Source of the DNA: Octopus sinensis
Lineage: Eukaryota
DNA: 64,000 bases
Reading direction: 5' to 3'
NCBI RefSeq assembly: GCF_006345805.1
Contig: NC_043007.1
Span: forward strand, 63,612,001-63,676,000
This document shows, one piece after another, positions 12,806 to 25,104 of the stretch. The notes below the pieces were generated by a model. It saw only the letters and a program-made list of their open reading frames with translations, searched no databases and was not told where the DNA came from. A program made the translations under genes and the position numbers. Position 1 is the first letter of the stretch. Every line of letters begins with the position of its first letter.

Positions 12806-14215
12806 ATGGAAAAAAAAAATTGTTTCTGAAACTACATTTGCAACACCTATGTGACAACAGTAAACAAAATTTAAGTATGATACTATCATACATTTTGCTA
12901 GCTAGCATTCTTAATACCACTAAGTGTCCTCCATGGCTGCTTTCTTAGTTAATAATGGGGTATCAATAATATTTTAGGAAATATTCTTCAGAGCTACCAA
13001 TGATGTATGTCATAATGTATTTGTGTGTGCATTTGGAAAAGAGAGTAACTGCTCTAAAGCTTCACTTTCTTCAATGCACCTAGAATGTAGAGGTTTTACT
13101 GAGCTTCTCTACTAACCAAGAATATATCACTGGGCCTCGAGGGGATTTCTCTGATATAAAACATTTAGAGGTGATGGCTCCTCTCCAGATATACTCACAA
13201 AATGAGAAAAAGCACTTCATCCTCAACTCATCAGTTTGCGGACTATCTATGGGTGCAGTTCATCTTTCATCTTCTTTCTAGGATATCTTGCTACTTATTC
13301 TTGACTAAATCTAACATGAATAAAAAGTCTTTCCTATGAAAGTCAGTATCACATTTTCTTCCACAAAACATTAATAAAGCTAATATCACCCATTGTCCTT
13401 ACCAAACCTTCATTTCTATAAAAAAAAAATTTTTTAAGCTGGGAAAGAAACCCTTTTACTTTCACTAGAACTTTACTTTAAACATTATGGTTGATTTATA
13501 GGTAACGCACATGTGAGTGTATACATCTGATGAAAAGATATAATTCTGGATACAATGTAATCTATGCCAGGTAGAATTCCCAGGAGATGAAGCATACTAA
13601 TTTTTTCAACAGCCACACAGATTAAGTTGTGTAGAACCAAGAATTTTGCTTAAATACACAAACAATATTCTGCAATGAATTTTTAACATTTGTGAGCTGG
13701 TGGAATGGCCTATTTTTGTTTTCTTTTTTATTGATAGTTTTTATTGTGTGGCTATCACATGCATGTCAGATGACTAGCCATGAGCAAAACTCATCAGTTT
13801 ACTACTTAACTCTTTCTTGTCAACTCTTGGGACTCTATTACTGAAAGGAGGAGAGAGGGGGAGGGAGAGAAAGAGGAGAGAAAGAAAAGAGAGAGAAGAC
13901 ATGTATATGAGCATGCATATATGTGTGCCTGTACAATAACTGTGAGGTTAAGGTGTGTGTGAGAGAGGAGGGAACAGAGAGAGGGGAGGGTAAGAGTGTG
14001 TGTGTGTTTGTAACCGTTGATATTAAATAAACAGAGATGTAAACAGCATTGAATCCCACTTCAGGTCTACACCACATTGTTAAAAAGGAAGTTCAGTTAT
14101 TAAAAAGTTAATAAATTAAGTAAGATTCAACAAACGACTTAGTTAATGATAGTTGGAAAAGTGCATTTACATTGTCTAATTAGAGCTCATATATTATTTG
14201 AATTCATTGATATTG

Positions 14216-14244
14216 TAGTAGTAGTAGTAGTAGTAGTAGTAGTA
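14216..14244. repeat. (GTA)n microsatellite
   Basis: About 9 perfect AGT units. Confidence 0.9.
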
Positions 14245-14741
14245 TAGTGTTGCACTTAATTGTCAGCTTGAAACTATCAGTTGAAAAGACACACACAGAC
14301 AAAACAATAAATAAATAAATAAAAATAAAAAGTCTAATAGATAATTATCTCTGAGCAAACGAGTGTGGTCAATAAATCACAGGAAAATCACACAAAATAC
14401 AGTATCTCAATTGTCAAGAGTACTAAACTAAATTTTCAAGTTCAAATTTAACTTTTAACATTAACTGAACCACAGTACAAAAATTGCCAAAATAAAGGAA
14501 CTGATGATAAAGGGAAATTCCACAACCCATCCAACAATTAAACACGACTAATGGTTCTCCTTTCATTTGATTAATATCCATTGTTATATTAGCAAAAAAT
14601 TCATAATTATCTTTATGAGAATACAAATATTAATCTCTTGCATGATTTCCATTCCTTCAACATCATAGCCAAATTGATAAAATATTTGTCCTTTTGTTTT
14701 AACTAATTTTGAAAATGGGGTAGATTTGGTAAAATAACTTT

Positions 14742-15296
14742 ATGATGTGGTATCAAAAAGTTCCCAGACTAGTTCTGTAGCACGCCAACAGATGACAGCA
14801 AATGGTTGTGTGCGCGGTAAGAGCTAGCAGTGACCAAGAGGCATTGTGCAGGGTGACATCTCTGTGTTTACTTTGCAAGTTGTGAAATTTATTTTTTTGT
14901 ATGCTGTAGTTTGCAATATTGTCATGGACAGGAAGTTAGAACAAAGAGCCAATGTAAAATTTTGTGCTAAACTTAGGAAGTCTGCTACAGAGACATTGAG
15001 CATGCTTTGCAAGCTTACTGCAACAAGGCAATAGGTTGTACACCATGTTTTGATTGGCATGGGCGCTTCAAAAGTGGAAGAGCATCCTTGGAGGACCTGC
15101 TACAAGCATCACTCCAGGAAATGTGGTATGGTGCATCAGGAATTCATCTCCCAGGGCCAGACTGTCAATCAAGAATTCTACAGTGACATTTTGAAGCACC
15201 ATACCACAATTCCATGAGTGATGCTTGTAGCAGCTCCTCCAAGGATGCTCTTCCACTTTTGAAGCACCCATGCCACTCAAAACATGGTGTATAACC
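14742..15296 (+). mobile_element. Rearranged mariner remnant (5' TIR + transposase N-terminus + inverted duplication)
   Basis: TIR-like TATGATGTGGTATCAAAAAGTTCCC. MDRKLEQRANVKFCAKLRKSATETLSML is a mariner N-terminal HTH region, and GMVHQEFISQGQTVNQEFYSDILK is a mariner catalytic-region fragment. Confidence 0.8.
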
Positions 15297-18200
15297 CATT
15301 TTGAATTTTAAATCCATAATTTAAATTTTTTCCCACTGCATGTGGAATCGTGTCATTATTAATCTAGGTGTCCGGAACATAAATTAACATGAAATTTTGA
15401 TGGATGGTTTTAATTTAAATCACAGTAAAATAGTAAATTTGTATTACAGACCTAAGGATGGTCTCAAGCAGTTCACACCTTTTAGTATAAAATGTACTGA
15501 AGGCATTATGTTGTTTATTTGAGAACATGATTCTATATACTTTTAATTAATCAAAGACAAGGATGCAAGATTGGAAATGTCAAATGAAATAGGCTGATGT
15601 CTGAGCTACAGGATCAATTCATTGTCTGTTTATATTTACTCATTTTCATAATTCAAATCATTACTTTTGTAAGTACTGGCTTGATTTCATTTGCCTATAA
15701 ATTATAGAAATCCCATGTATGGGTAATGTAAAAGAAATTTTAAGTTACTTTGTGTATTATTTCCAGCATATGTAATAATTATATTGTGTTCTCTGTCTCT
15801 CTTTCAGCAAGCAATAAATTATTAAGAGAATTTAGCATGTGAAAAGAATTACTTGAACAGTTGAATGCTTTATGTACCATGATGAATGCTTTTCTTACAG
15901 TTAGGTATGCATGATATGGAAAGGGACATCTATATAGTGATATAGTGTTAAAAAAAAAAGGTAGAAAAAACATTTCTGAAAGGTAGAATATTTGTAACAG
16001 CAAAACATTTTCTGTGGGGTAAATATTTATTTTCAGTTAACTGAACTAATTTGACAAGCTGAGATCCACCACAATATTTAAAAAGGATTTAGCAAAACAT
16101 CTCTTGACCAACTCAACTACATAAAAGTAGAAATATCCCATGACAGCTTTACTTCTTGGATCAGAAATGAAAGAGATTTGTAATAACTACATCTGGAAAA
16201 TATTAGGATTAAACATGGGTCATTAACAAAAATGAAATATTTGTGGATAGGGAATTCAAAGTTGTGGTTTTATGCTTATTGAGACCTTATAATTACCACA
16301 CGACAGGCATTAACTACACAGCTAATAGTTTTAATAGTTTTCACAGTTCCTTATGTAAATAATTTCTATATACAATAAGTAATCTGAAGAAGGAAAACGT
16401 AAGATTTGATACTTGGCAAAAAATTATCCCCAAGAGAAAGATTGATATTTGTTGGAACTAAAGCAAAAAATTGTATTAAGGAAAAAGGAATTTTATGAAT
16501 CAACATTCAACAGTGTGATGATTGGGAATGCAAGAGAAAAATATACAAAGTTATATATGCTGTCAGGAAATTGTAGAAAATTTCCTTTTAAAATGCAATG
16601 AATATCTGTCTATACTTGGTGGCTGCTACATCCTTTTCATACATATTGTTTCAAGTGTTCCTTATTGTTCACAAAATAGAATGTGCAGGTGTGTGCGTGT
16701 GTGTGTATAGTTAACTGTTCCATTATTGGTAGAATCAACAAAAAGAAATGCTCCGTCCAGTGAGAGCTACATATCATTTAATATACACAGGATTTAAATA
16801 CAAGCCACTATTACTTTCATGTTGTGCTTACATCTGGCCAAATATTTACATTTGCTAAAAATTTTGCATCATTTATGGATGTGCACTTTAGCAGTGTAAC
16901 TCTACAAAGAGAATCTTCAAACACATAAACCAAACATACATATATCATCATCATCATTGCTAAACGTCAGTTTTCCATGCTGGCCCGACATCGTTTCTAT
17001 AGCTAGATGCCCTTCCTGACAATGATCACTTTGCAGAGTGTGCTGGGTGTATTTTATGTGCCACCAGCACAAGTGCATTTCATGTGGCAATGGTACTTGC
17101 AAGACAAAGACCTCTTGGCTGAGAGAAGGAGCAGGGGCATGGCCATAAAGGACATGCTTATATGTTTAGATGGCTGTGGTTTTACTTAGCTTGACATGTC
17201 TTCTCAAGAATAGCAAATCGCAAGAAGTCTTGGTCTCTTGTCATCTTCACAGTGAGGCCCAGTATCCTCATCCATATGCACACACACACACACATACATT
17301 TGTTTGTAGAGTAATAATACTACTAATGGTTATGCAGAAAGCTCCACAATTTTCAAGCATTCCATCTCCAAGTTGGATGAGACTACATGAGAGCACACAA
17401 GATTTTACAAGACTTCAAAACATTTCTTTGGTTAGTAGATACACATAGGGGGAGGTAAGTCGTTTAGGGATAGGCTGGGAACATGTCTACTTATGCTTGA
17501 TAGCTTAATTATTGATGGGGGTTGTTAGAGCCTCAATGAGTCAACGCTCCTTATCTCTGTGTATGTTAACAAAAATGTTTTGAAATCTCACTAAATCTTG
17601 CGTAATCTCAAGGAGGCAGATTACCAACATTTATCAGGGGAATACTGGACAAATTTGAACTTCCTGCATGAAATCATTAATCGCATTGTTAATCTACAAA
17701 TTTATATTTATCCAGCAAATACAGTGTTGAGCACTCATTTTCACTGTTTGCTATTATTCTATGTGTGTATGTATACATATATATATATATACCCCCCAAC
17801 ACACACACACAAGGAAACTAGAATTCAAAACATGGATATATATATATATTTTTTTTTAATTAATAATCAGCAGCAGTTATACAGTGACTCAAGGGTCAGG
17901 AGTTATGTGCATTGGCACTTAACAAACTAGTTTCAAATCAATGGATCACAAATCTATATTCTGGTGTTAATGGTATTTCCCTGGAATATTCAGGAATAAA
18001 TTGTCATTGTTTCTTATAATTTGTTGCAAAACAATCTAGAGAGAGATACCATAATCAGTGGTATATAAATTTATGCCCCATTGATTTTATACTAGTGTGA
18101 GAAGTGCCAAAGCACAAAACTCTAGATCCTTGAGTCACTCAGTAACTTCTGCCAATTATTAATAAAAAACATATATGTATGTATGTGCATAACAAATGGG

Positions 18201-18922
18201 CACATGGGTGTGTATTAGGGATTAAAAAAAAGCATAAATGAGGTATGTCAGGTAAGAAAATAGTAGATCAAGAAATATTCTTGATGAAGCTGTTAGATTA
18301 AATTTATTATCACAAGGATCCATAGTTGAGAGAAATAGCATGAGAATCACAACAATTGGAGTGATACAGTCTTGTAGAGTTGTTCCAGTCAAACGGATAT
18401 TAAAACAATGATTGAAGTATTGATCATAACTGCATCTCCCTTCCATTTCTAATCACACCACAGTAAGTACATATGAGGGAATGAGCAATGAGGGAACTGC
18501 TTCTGCTTCAATTAACACAATATTTTTATTACCCGGATCTCACTATTCATTTCCAATATTGTTTTGTTTTTCTTCCAAAAAAGATCAGCAATGCAAAGGG
18601 TTGATATTTTATTCTAGTTTCTATATTAAGTGGTCGATTGTCAGATTTATTCCACTATAAAACATCAGCTTGCTGTTGTGCTTATTGACAGACATGCATG
18701 CAGATATTAATCCATACATATTTCTCTCCACTGTCTGTATTACACAAACACACATCCACATATATATGGTTATCAAGTTTGCTTCTTAAGACGTTTGTGA
18801 CTAATTTCCAGTGCAGCATCTTCAGCAATTCTCTTCTACTCTCCATTCAATCCAAACTTTTAAAGTGAAATTAGGTTGGTGAAGACTGTGCAAAAGTATA
18901 GTGGGTAAAATATATGTGTGAC

Positions 18923-19145
18923 TTAACACTTCAGCATTTAAACCAGCCAGATCCGGCCCAAATATTCTTTATGTTTTATGTTCAAACTGGCCAGATCCAG
19001 CCCCTCTAACCTTTCCTACAATGTCATTCTAAAAATATACAATCCCACCATTGAAATCTTGAAGCTATGAAATAATGCATGATTAATGCAAAATGATGGA
19101 AATAAAAAGCTGATTGACAGAGTAATCTGAATGCTAAAGGGTTAA
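18923..19145. mobile_element. piggyBac-type MITE (TTAA-flanked)
   Basis: TTAA-CACTTCAGCATT ... AATGCTAAAGGG-TTAA. Other copies lie at 52185-52408 and, split, at 47874/50318. Confidence 0.75.
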
Positions 19146-19566
19146 GGACCCAGCCATCTCATAGTGTGGTACACTGATTCTAAGGGTAAAAGTGCCTGAA
19201 GAATGTTTAAAAGAATTATTCTGGTGATTAAACAAAGAGAATAATTTGTTTGCCGAAATCCATGAGAAAGTCCACTAAATATATGTCATCATCAACATCA
19301 TTTTACATCTGCTTTCCATACTAGTATGGGTTAGGTGCTTTGGTAAAATGTGATGAGTGAAAGGTCCAAGCCATGCTCCAATGTGGTTTAGCATGGTTTC
19401 CATGAGCAGATGCCCTTCCTAATGCTAACCACTTTATGAAGTAACCTGGGCCCTTTTTAACAGGGCACTAGATCTAGTGGGGTGGTTATGCAACTTAAGG
19501 ACCTAAAGGGAACCTCCACAACTGAAAGAAGAACAAATTTATATTTTTGGAGTGTAGTAGAGAAGA

Positions 19567-19910
19567 GGGCACATGGCTCAGTGGTTAGAGCGTCGAGCTT
19601 ACGATCATGAGGTTGTGAGTTCAAATCCCGGACAGAGCTGTGTGTTGTTTTCTTGAACAAGACACTTTATTTCATGTTGCTCCAGTTAACTCAACTGTAG
19701 AAATGAGTTGTGATGTCACAGGTACCAAGCTGTATCGGCCTTTGCTTTTCCCTTGGATAACACTGGTGGCGTGGAGAGGGGAGGCTGATATGCATGACCA
19801 ACCTGCTGGTCTTCCATAAACAACCTTGCCCAGACTTGTGCCTGGGAGGGCAACTTTCTAGGTGCAATCCCATGGTCAGTCATGACCGAAGAGGGTCTCA
19901 GCAGTAGAGG
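19567..19910 (+). mobile_element. tRNA-derived SINE family B
   Basis: A-box TGGCTCAGTGG and B-box GAGTTCAAATCC, followed by TGTGTTGTTTTCTTGAACAAGACACTTTATTTC. Related copies lie at 22690-22980 (-) and 54490-54640 (+). Confidence 0.8.
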
Positions 19911-20519
19911 AGAGAGTAACAAAGTGTACACCGTGAGAAGAGAGAGAATAGGTAAGGACTAGGAGAAAGAAAGAATGGATTAATATCAAGTGTTAGTGAG
20001 AAAGAGATGAACAGAGTGGTAGGGCTGATAAGGTGGGTTGTTTAAAGGGGATCCAGTGCTTTCTTATATTGCACAGGCAAGTACAGATGGAAGATATGAG
20101 AATGGAGAGTGGTGGAGAGGAGAATGGAAAAGTAGATGTTAAAACAACGATGATGATTTTTATAACATAGAATCACTCTCACTGATGAGTATAGAACTAC
20201 ATATCCGACTGGGCAAATGACCAAAGTCACACTTTTGGGTAATAGTGTTTCTATGGTTGCTGTGAATACTGAGGAAGAGAGCAAATGTTACTGGATACTG
20301 GAATTCATTTATTCATTACCATAATTTAGCAATAATGAAGGTGATAATAGTACACCGTTTTTATAGGCTTCTGAAGGATTTCATTGATTACTTCAAGCTT
20401 AGTAGTGGATACTTGATTTAATACAGATTTAAAGTGTTCAGCCCATCTTTACAGCATTTCATCTTTGCTACTTAAGAGTTTGGTTTTGTCATTAGAAAGA
20501 ATAGGTTTTGTACTACTCT

Positions 20520-22340
20520 TTTTTTAACCAAATACACCATTCAGATTGTCATACAATGCTCTCAGGTTGTGAGAGTTGCAGCCTATTCCAATTCTTGGGC
20601 TTTTTTGGCCCACCAAGAACTTTTCATCTCATGCAGATTTTTCTGTGTAGTTTTCTTGGAGGAGATGTATAGGGATTTGAGTGTTGGTGAGCTTCTGTTT
20701 GAGATCTATGCATAGTCTTTTGTGCATAGTTCCTAGGAGAGGTTTGATTTGAAAATCATCCTCATTGAATAACGATCTTGGTGCTTGTATTTGACGGATC
20801 CTGGAACATCTTCAGCAGATGATTTGATGTTGTCATGAATATTGTGCTACAAAACTTCAGGGTCATTGCTTTCCTCTATTTTCCCAAGCTTTGAATTTAG
20901 ATGCATTTCAAAATTTTTTGTTTCTGGATTTTTTAAACGGACATTTATTCTAGGAATGGACTCACTGCAATCCTTGTTCTTAGTTATAATATAGTCAAGG
21001 ATGTTCCAGTTACCAGATCAGATATGCGTCTAGATGCTTTTATATTTAACTGCCAGCTGAAACACTGTGTTTGTGATTGTTAGACCAAACTGTTGACAAA
21101 AAGACAGCAATCATAAACTGCTTTCATTCATTGTTCCTGTTCTATGCTTCCCTTATTTTTGACCACACTGTATGCTTGTTGCTTACTCTGGCACTAAAAT
21201 TGCCCATCAATATGATTTTGTCATAGTATGGAATTTTACTGAGAACTGTCTGCAGTTTGAAGTAGATGTTGTGTTCATGTTCAGATGTTGATGAAGTAGG
21301 TGCATATGCACTGATAATGTGCATAGATGAGGAATTGCCCATGAGTATACGGAATGTCATGAGACGCTCACCAACAGTTAGAGGGATGGATGGCAATTAG
21401 TGAAGTAGAGATGATTTAATGGCAAAGCCAACATCATAAATTCTTGATTCATCTGCTGGCTTTCCACTCCAAAAAAAAAAAAGCACAGTCACTTCCAACT
21501 TCTAATTCACCTGTATCCACAAGCCTGCTTTCACTTAGAGCAGCAATATCAGTATTATAGGAGTAAATTACCTTCGTAATTAATGCTGCTTTTCATTCTA
21601 CACTGTCTTTGCTGTCTTGTAAAGTTCTTACATTCCAACCAAAGATTAGCATGCTTCTTTTATTCCTCTCAACTTTATCTCAATAAGACTGGATAACTAG
21701 ACATCTGCAGTTAATGCCAAGCTTATTGAAAACAACGCTTTTTTTAGGATTCCTTTTCTCAACCTGCCTTGAATATCGGAGAAGCTTGCCACACAAAGGA
21801 GGACATGAATCTTGCAGGTGTCTTCGGATTCTACAAAGAGATGGTCAACATCCTCTGTGCTGCCTGTGTGTGGGATTCTGGCTAGAATTTCCACCAACAC
21901 TCTTTGCCTTCCTGTCACCATAGGGTTTTCAACTTGCTTTGAAACTACCTCCACAATGAATTTGTTTTAAGTGGTATGGGCTTGTGTCACCTGTCACACT
22001 CTCTTGTTCAGATAGCCTAGATTCTAGAGTATATTAATGCCACTTGGAGGAAAAGGCCGTCTGGATGCAGAGCTGGTGGCTCAGGAGTACTGAAGATGGA
22101 ATTTGTTCAGGCTTTAATAACAGAAGCCCCCACACCATTCATATGATGTCTATGATTTCCACTGGAAAACAGATGCCATTGGATGGTCCTTATCCTCATC
22201 CAACCATTTTGTGGTTCTTCTACCTTCATCCCAAGGAAGAAGCTGTTGGTCACTGGCAGGCTGTCACCAAGGTGACTAAGGAGTCCAACCTACCCCAGGT
22301 TTTTAAATCAGAATGTTCCTTCTTCAAGACAGACTGCTGA
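20520..22340 (-). mobile_element. Old decayed RTE-clade LINE, 5' half (APE endonuclease)
   Basis: GWNVRTLQ (APE N-terminus, ~21610-21650) and IISAYAPT...DKIILMGNFSARV (21142-21396), with many stops. Confidence 0.75.
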
Positions 22341-22623
22341 CCAAGGCTAATGAGCTCTGTCCACCTGATTTTGGATGGCCATTGACTCTTCCAAGTTACT
22401 TTGCCCTTTGCCAGGTTTCGCTTTTCATCTCACAGGGTGTTCAAAATCAATATTTCACCCTCCTCACCAACTTAATGGGGTTGCTGGTTTAGTCACTGAC
22501 AGCCCAACCATGTCACATGTTAATGTTAATTATTGCCTATTTTGGCAAGTTACCATTATATCATGCTATCATTTGCACTACTTTTACCTATTATATATAA
22601 CTATAGATATATGTGTGTGTGTG

Positions 22624-22679
<56 letters not shown>

Positions 22680-22689
22680 CATGGGCTCT

Positions 22690-22980
22690 CCCGTCATTAG
22701 ACACAACTTATGAGGGTTTGACAATTTCTTACCGAACAACCACACAATTGATTTGTTTGTAGTGATCAAATGTTTGTGTAGACATAAACTCACTCCCTCC
22801 ATCAAATCGACATTACCTGTACAGGTGCAACAGGGTGTCACATGTCAGATGCTGAAGTGATTGCAGAACAACATGATATGAAGTGCTTTGCTCAAGAACA
22901 CAATGCAACACCCGGTCTGGCAATTGAACCCATGATCTCGCAATTTTGAGTGCAACACCTTAACCACTGAGCCATGTGCC
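22690..22980 (-). mobile_element. SINE family B
   Basis: Minus-strand CACATGGCTCAGTGGTTAAGGTGTTGCACTC...GGGTTCAATT...GTGTTCTTGAGCAAAGCACTTC. Confidence 0.7.
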
Positions 22981-23117
22981 TTCATATATGCATACACCAT
23001 GATTTTAATGTCCTATTTTTTCATATTTCCTTGGGTCAGATGGAATTTCTATGGCTGAATGTCCTTCCTGATAACTATTCTAACCTGCTTCTGAGCAAGG
23101 TAATATTTCCCCCATGG

Positions 23118-23350
23118 TGGCGAGCTGGCAGAAACGTTAGCATGCTGGGCGAAATGCTCAGCGGTATTTCACCTGCCACTACATTCTGAGTTCAAATTCC
23201 ACTGAGGTCAACTTTACTTTTCATCCTTTCAGGGTCGATTAAATAAGTACCAGTTAGGCACTGGAGGTCAATATAATCGACTTAATCCGTTTGTCTGTCC
23301 TTGTTTGTCCTCTCTGTGTTTAGCCCCTTGTGGGTAGTAAAGAAATAGGT
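23118..23350 (+). mobile_element. tRNA-derived SINE family C (GGCGAGCTGGCAGAA head)
   Basis: GTGGCGAGCTGGCAGAAACGTTAGC...TTCTGAGTTCAAATTCC...CATCCTTTCAGGGTCGATTAAATAAGTACCAG. The same family forms the tandem array at 50540-51710. Confidence 0.75.
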
Positions 23351-23474
23351 AATATTTCCCCATGGCTGAACATGTATTCACAGAAGATTGAAAATGAACA
23401 ATACTGCATGTATTCATTTTCATAACTATCACATTACATGATAGTTGTAAGAGGAGACACAAACTCTCACATAC

Positions 23475-23625
23475 ACATATGGTGGGCTGCTTTTAGCTGC
23501 TGTCTACCAAATTCACTTACAAGGTTTGTGGGTATAGTAGAAGGCACTTACCTAAGCTGCCATGCAATGGGACTGAACACAAAACTACCTGGCTTGAAAG
23601 TGAACTTCTTAAACAGTTATGTGGT
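23475..23625 (-). mobile_element. SINE family A head fragment
   Basis: Reverse complement of GTTCAGTCCCATTGCATGGCAGCTTAGGTAAGTGCCTTCTACTATA...GAATTTGGTAGACAG. Confidence 0.65.
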
Positions 23626-24689
23626 CATGTTAGTATCTATGTACTTATGTATGTGTGTCTCTGTGTGTATAAACAATTCTGGGAAGCCCACAACTGGTAG
23701 AACATATTCAAGTGGGAGGAAAAAATATTCAAGTAATTCCATAAATACAGAAACTAGTAAAGTTTTTCCTTCAACAGCTGATATATATATATATATATAC
23801 TCTTCAAATCCTAAATAAAATCAGTGCTAAAAATTTTCATCTGTTAATTCATTCAATAGCTGATATCATATATACTTTTCAAATACTAAAAACAATCTGT
23901 ATTAAAAACCATCCAACTTAGATACAATTATATTACATCAATTTTAATTTGATTTAAATGATTTATTAATTAATGAAATTACATCCTAGTAAAATATATA
24001 GAAATTCTAAGATGGAAAACTTGAAATTCTACTCTGTGTGTTGTGTGTGTCCAGTTCTTTTACCATTACAGAATAACAGTACTTAAATAGGTCAAATTTT
24101 ACTCACACACATAAAAGGTAAGTTCTAATATCAACACTATACACACCATAAATGCAAATACTCAACACATTCTTACAGGAAAGAAAACACACAAAGGATA
24201 CACTTATTCTATTGTTAATCATACATAAACCATGTTCATTTTTCACCAACACACACAAATACACAACAGATATTAGCACAGCCACACATATTTATATAGA
24301 GCAATTTAAATTTCTTAAGTTTACTGACCAATATATCATAAAACACTATGGAAACAACAAAAGAGCATTAATACACACACACACGCGTGCGCGCACAAAT
24401 AGGTCATTACGTAGAAGAGGAGTGGGAGGAAGAAGTCATTGATCCATGCTGAAAAATTTATTGATTTTTCAAGTTCAAAATCATGGAATGGTCGACATAC
24501 ATGCAATTCTGTTTAAAGTAACTGAAGGAACAATTGTACCCTGTTCAAACAATTTAATTTTCACACACACAGATATCATCATCGCCATTTAACATTACTT
24601 CTTCCATGCTGGCATGGGTTAGAGGTTCAACAGTAATCAATGAACCACAGGCCTGTGCTGTGCTCCAAGATCTGCTGTGTCATAGTTTG

Positions 24690-24735
<46 letters not shown>

Positions 24736-25104
24736 AACACACACACACTCATTTATAGGTATGGATAACTATGACTGCATATGTAGTGCACACATAAATT
24801 TAAACATAATGCCTAGTGTTACACACACACATGCATATATGTAGATATGTTATTTATAAATATGTATTTCCAGTCTTCTATGAAAAGTATGTCGGAAATA
24901 TCACCCTGCTGAGAAATAGGAGAGGGTTGATTACAGGAAGAGCATCTGGCTGCAGAAAATCTGCTTCAATAAATTTGTCTAACCCATGCAGGCATGGAAA
25001 AGAGGATTTTAAACAATGATCATGAATATATATATATACACATAATGCCTAGTGTTACACACACACACACATGCATATATGTAGATATATATATATAAAT
25101 GTAT

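Noticed and set aside
19567-19640. tRNA gene
   Set aside because: A and B boxes are present, but there is no acceptor-stem closure or terminator, and the sequence runs straight into a SINE body found elsewhere in the window.
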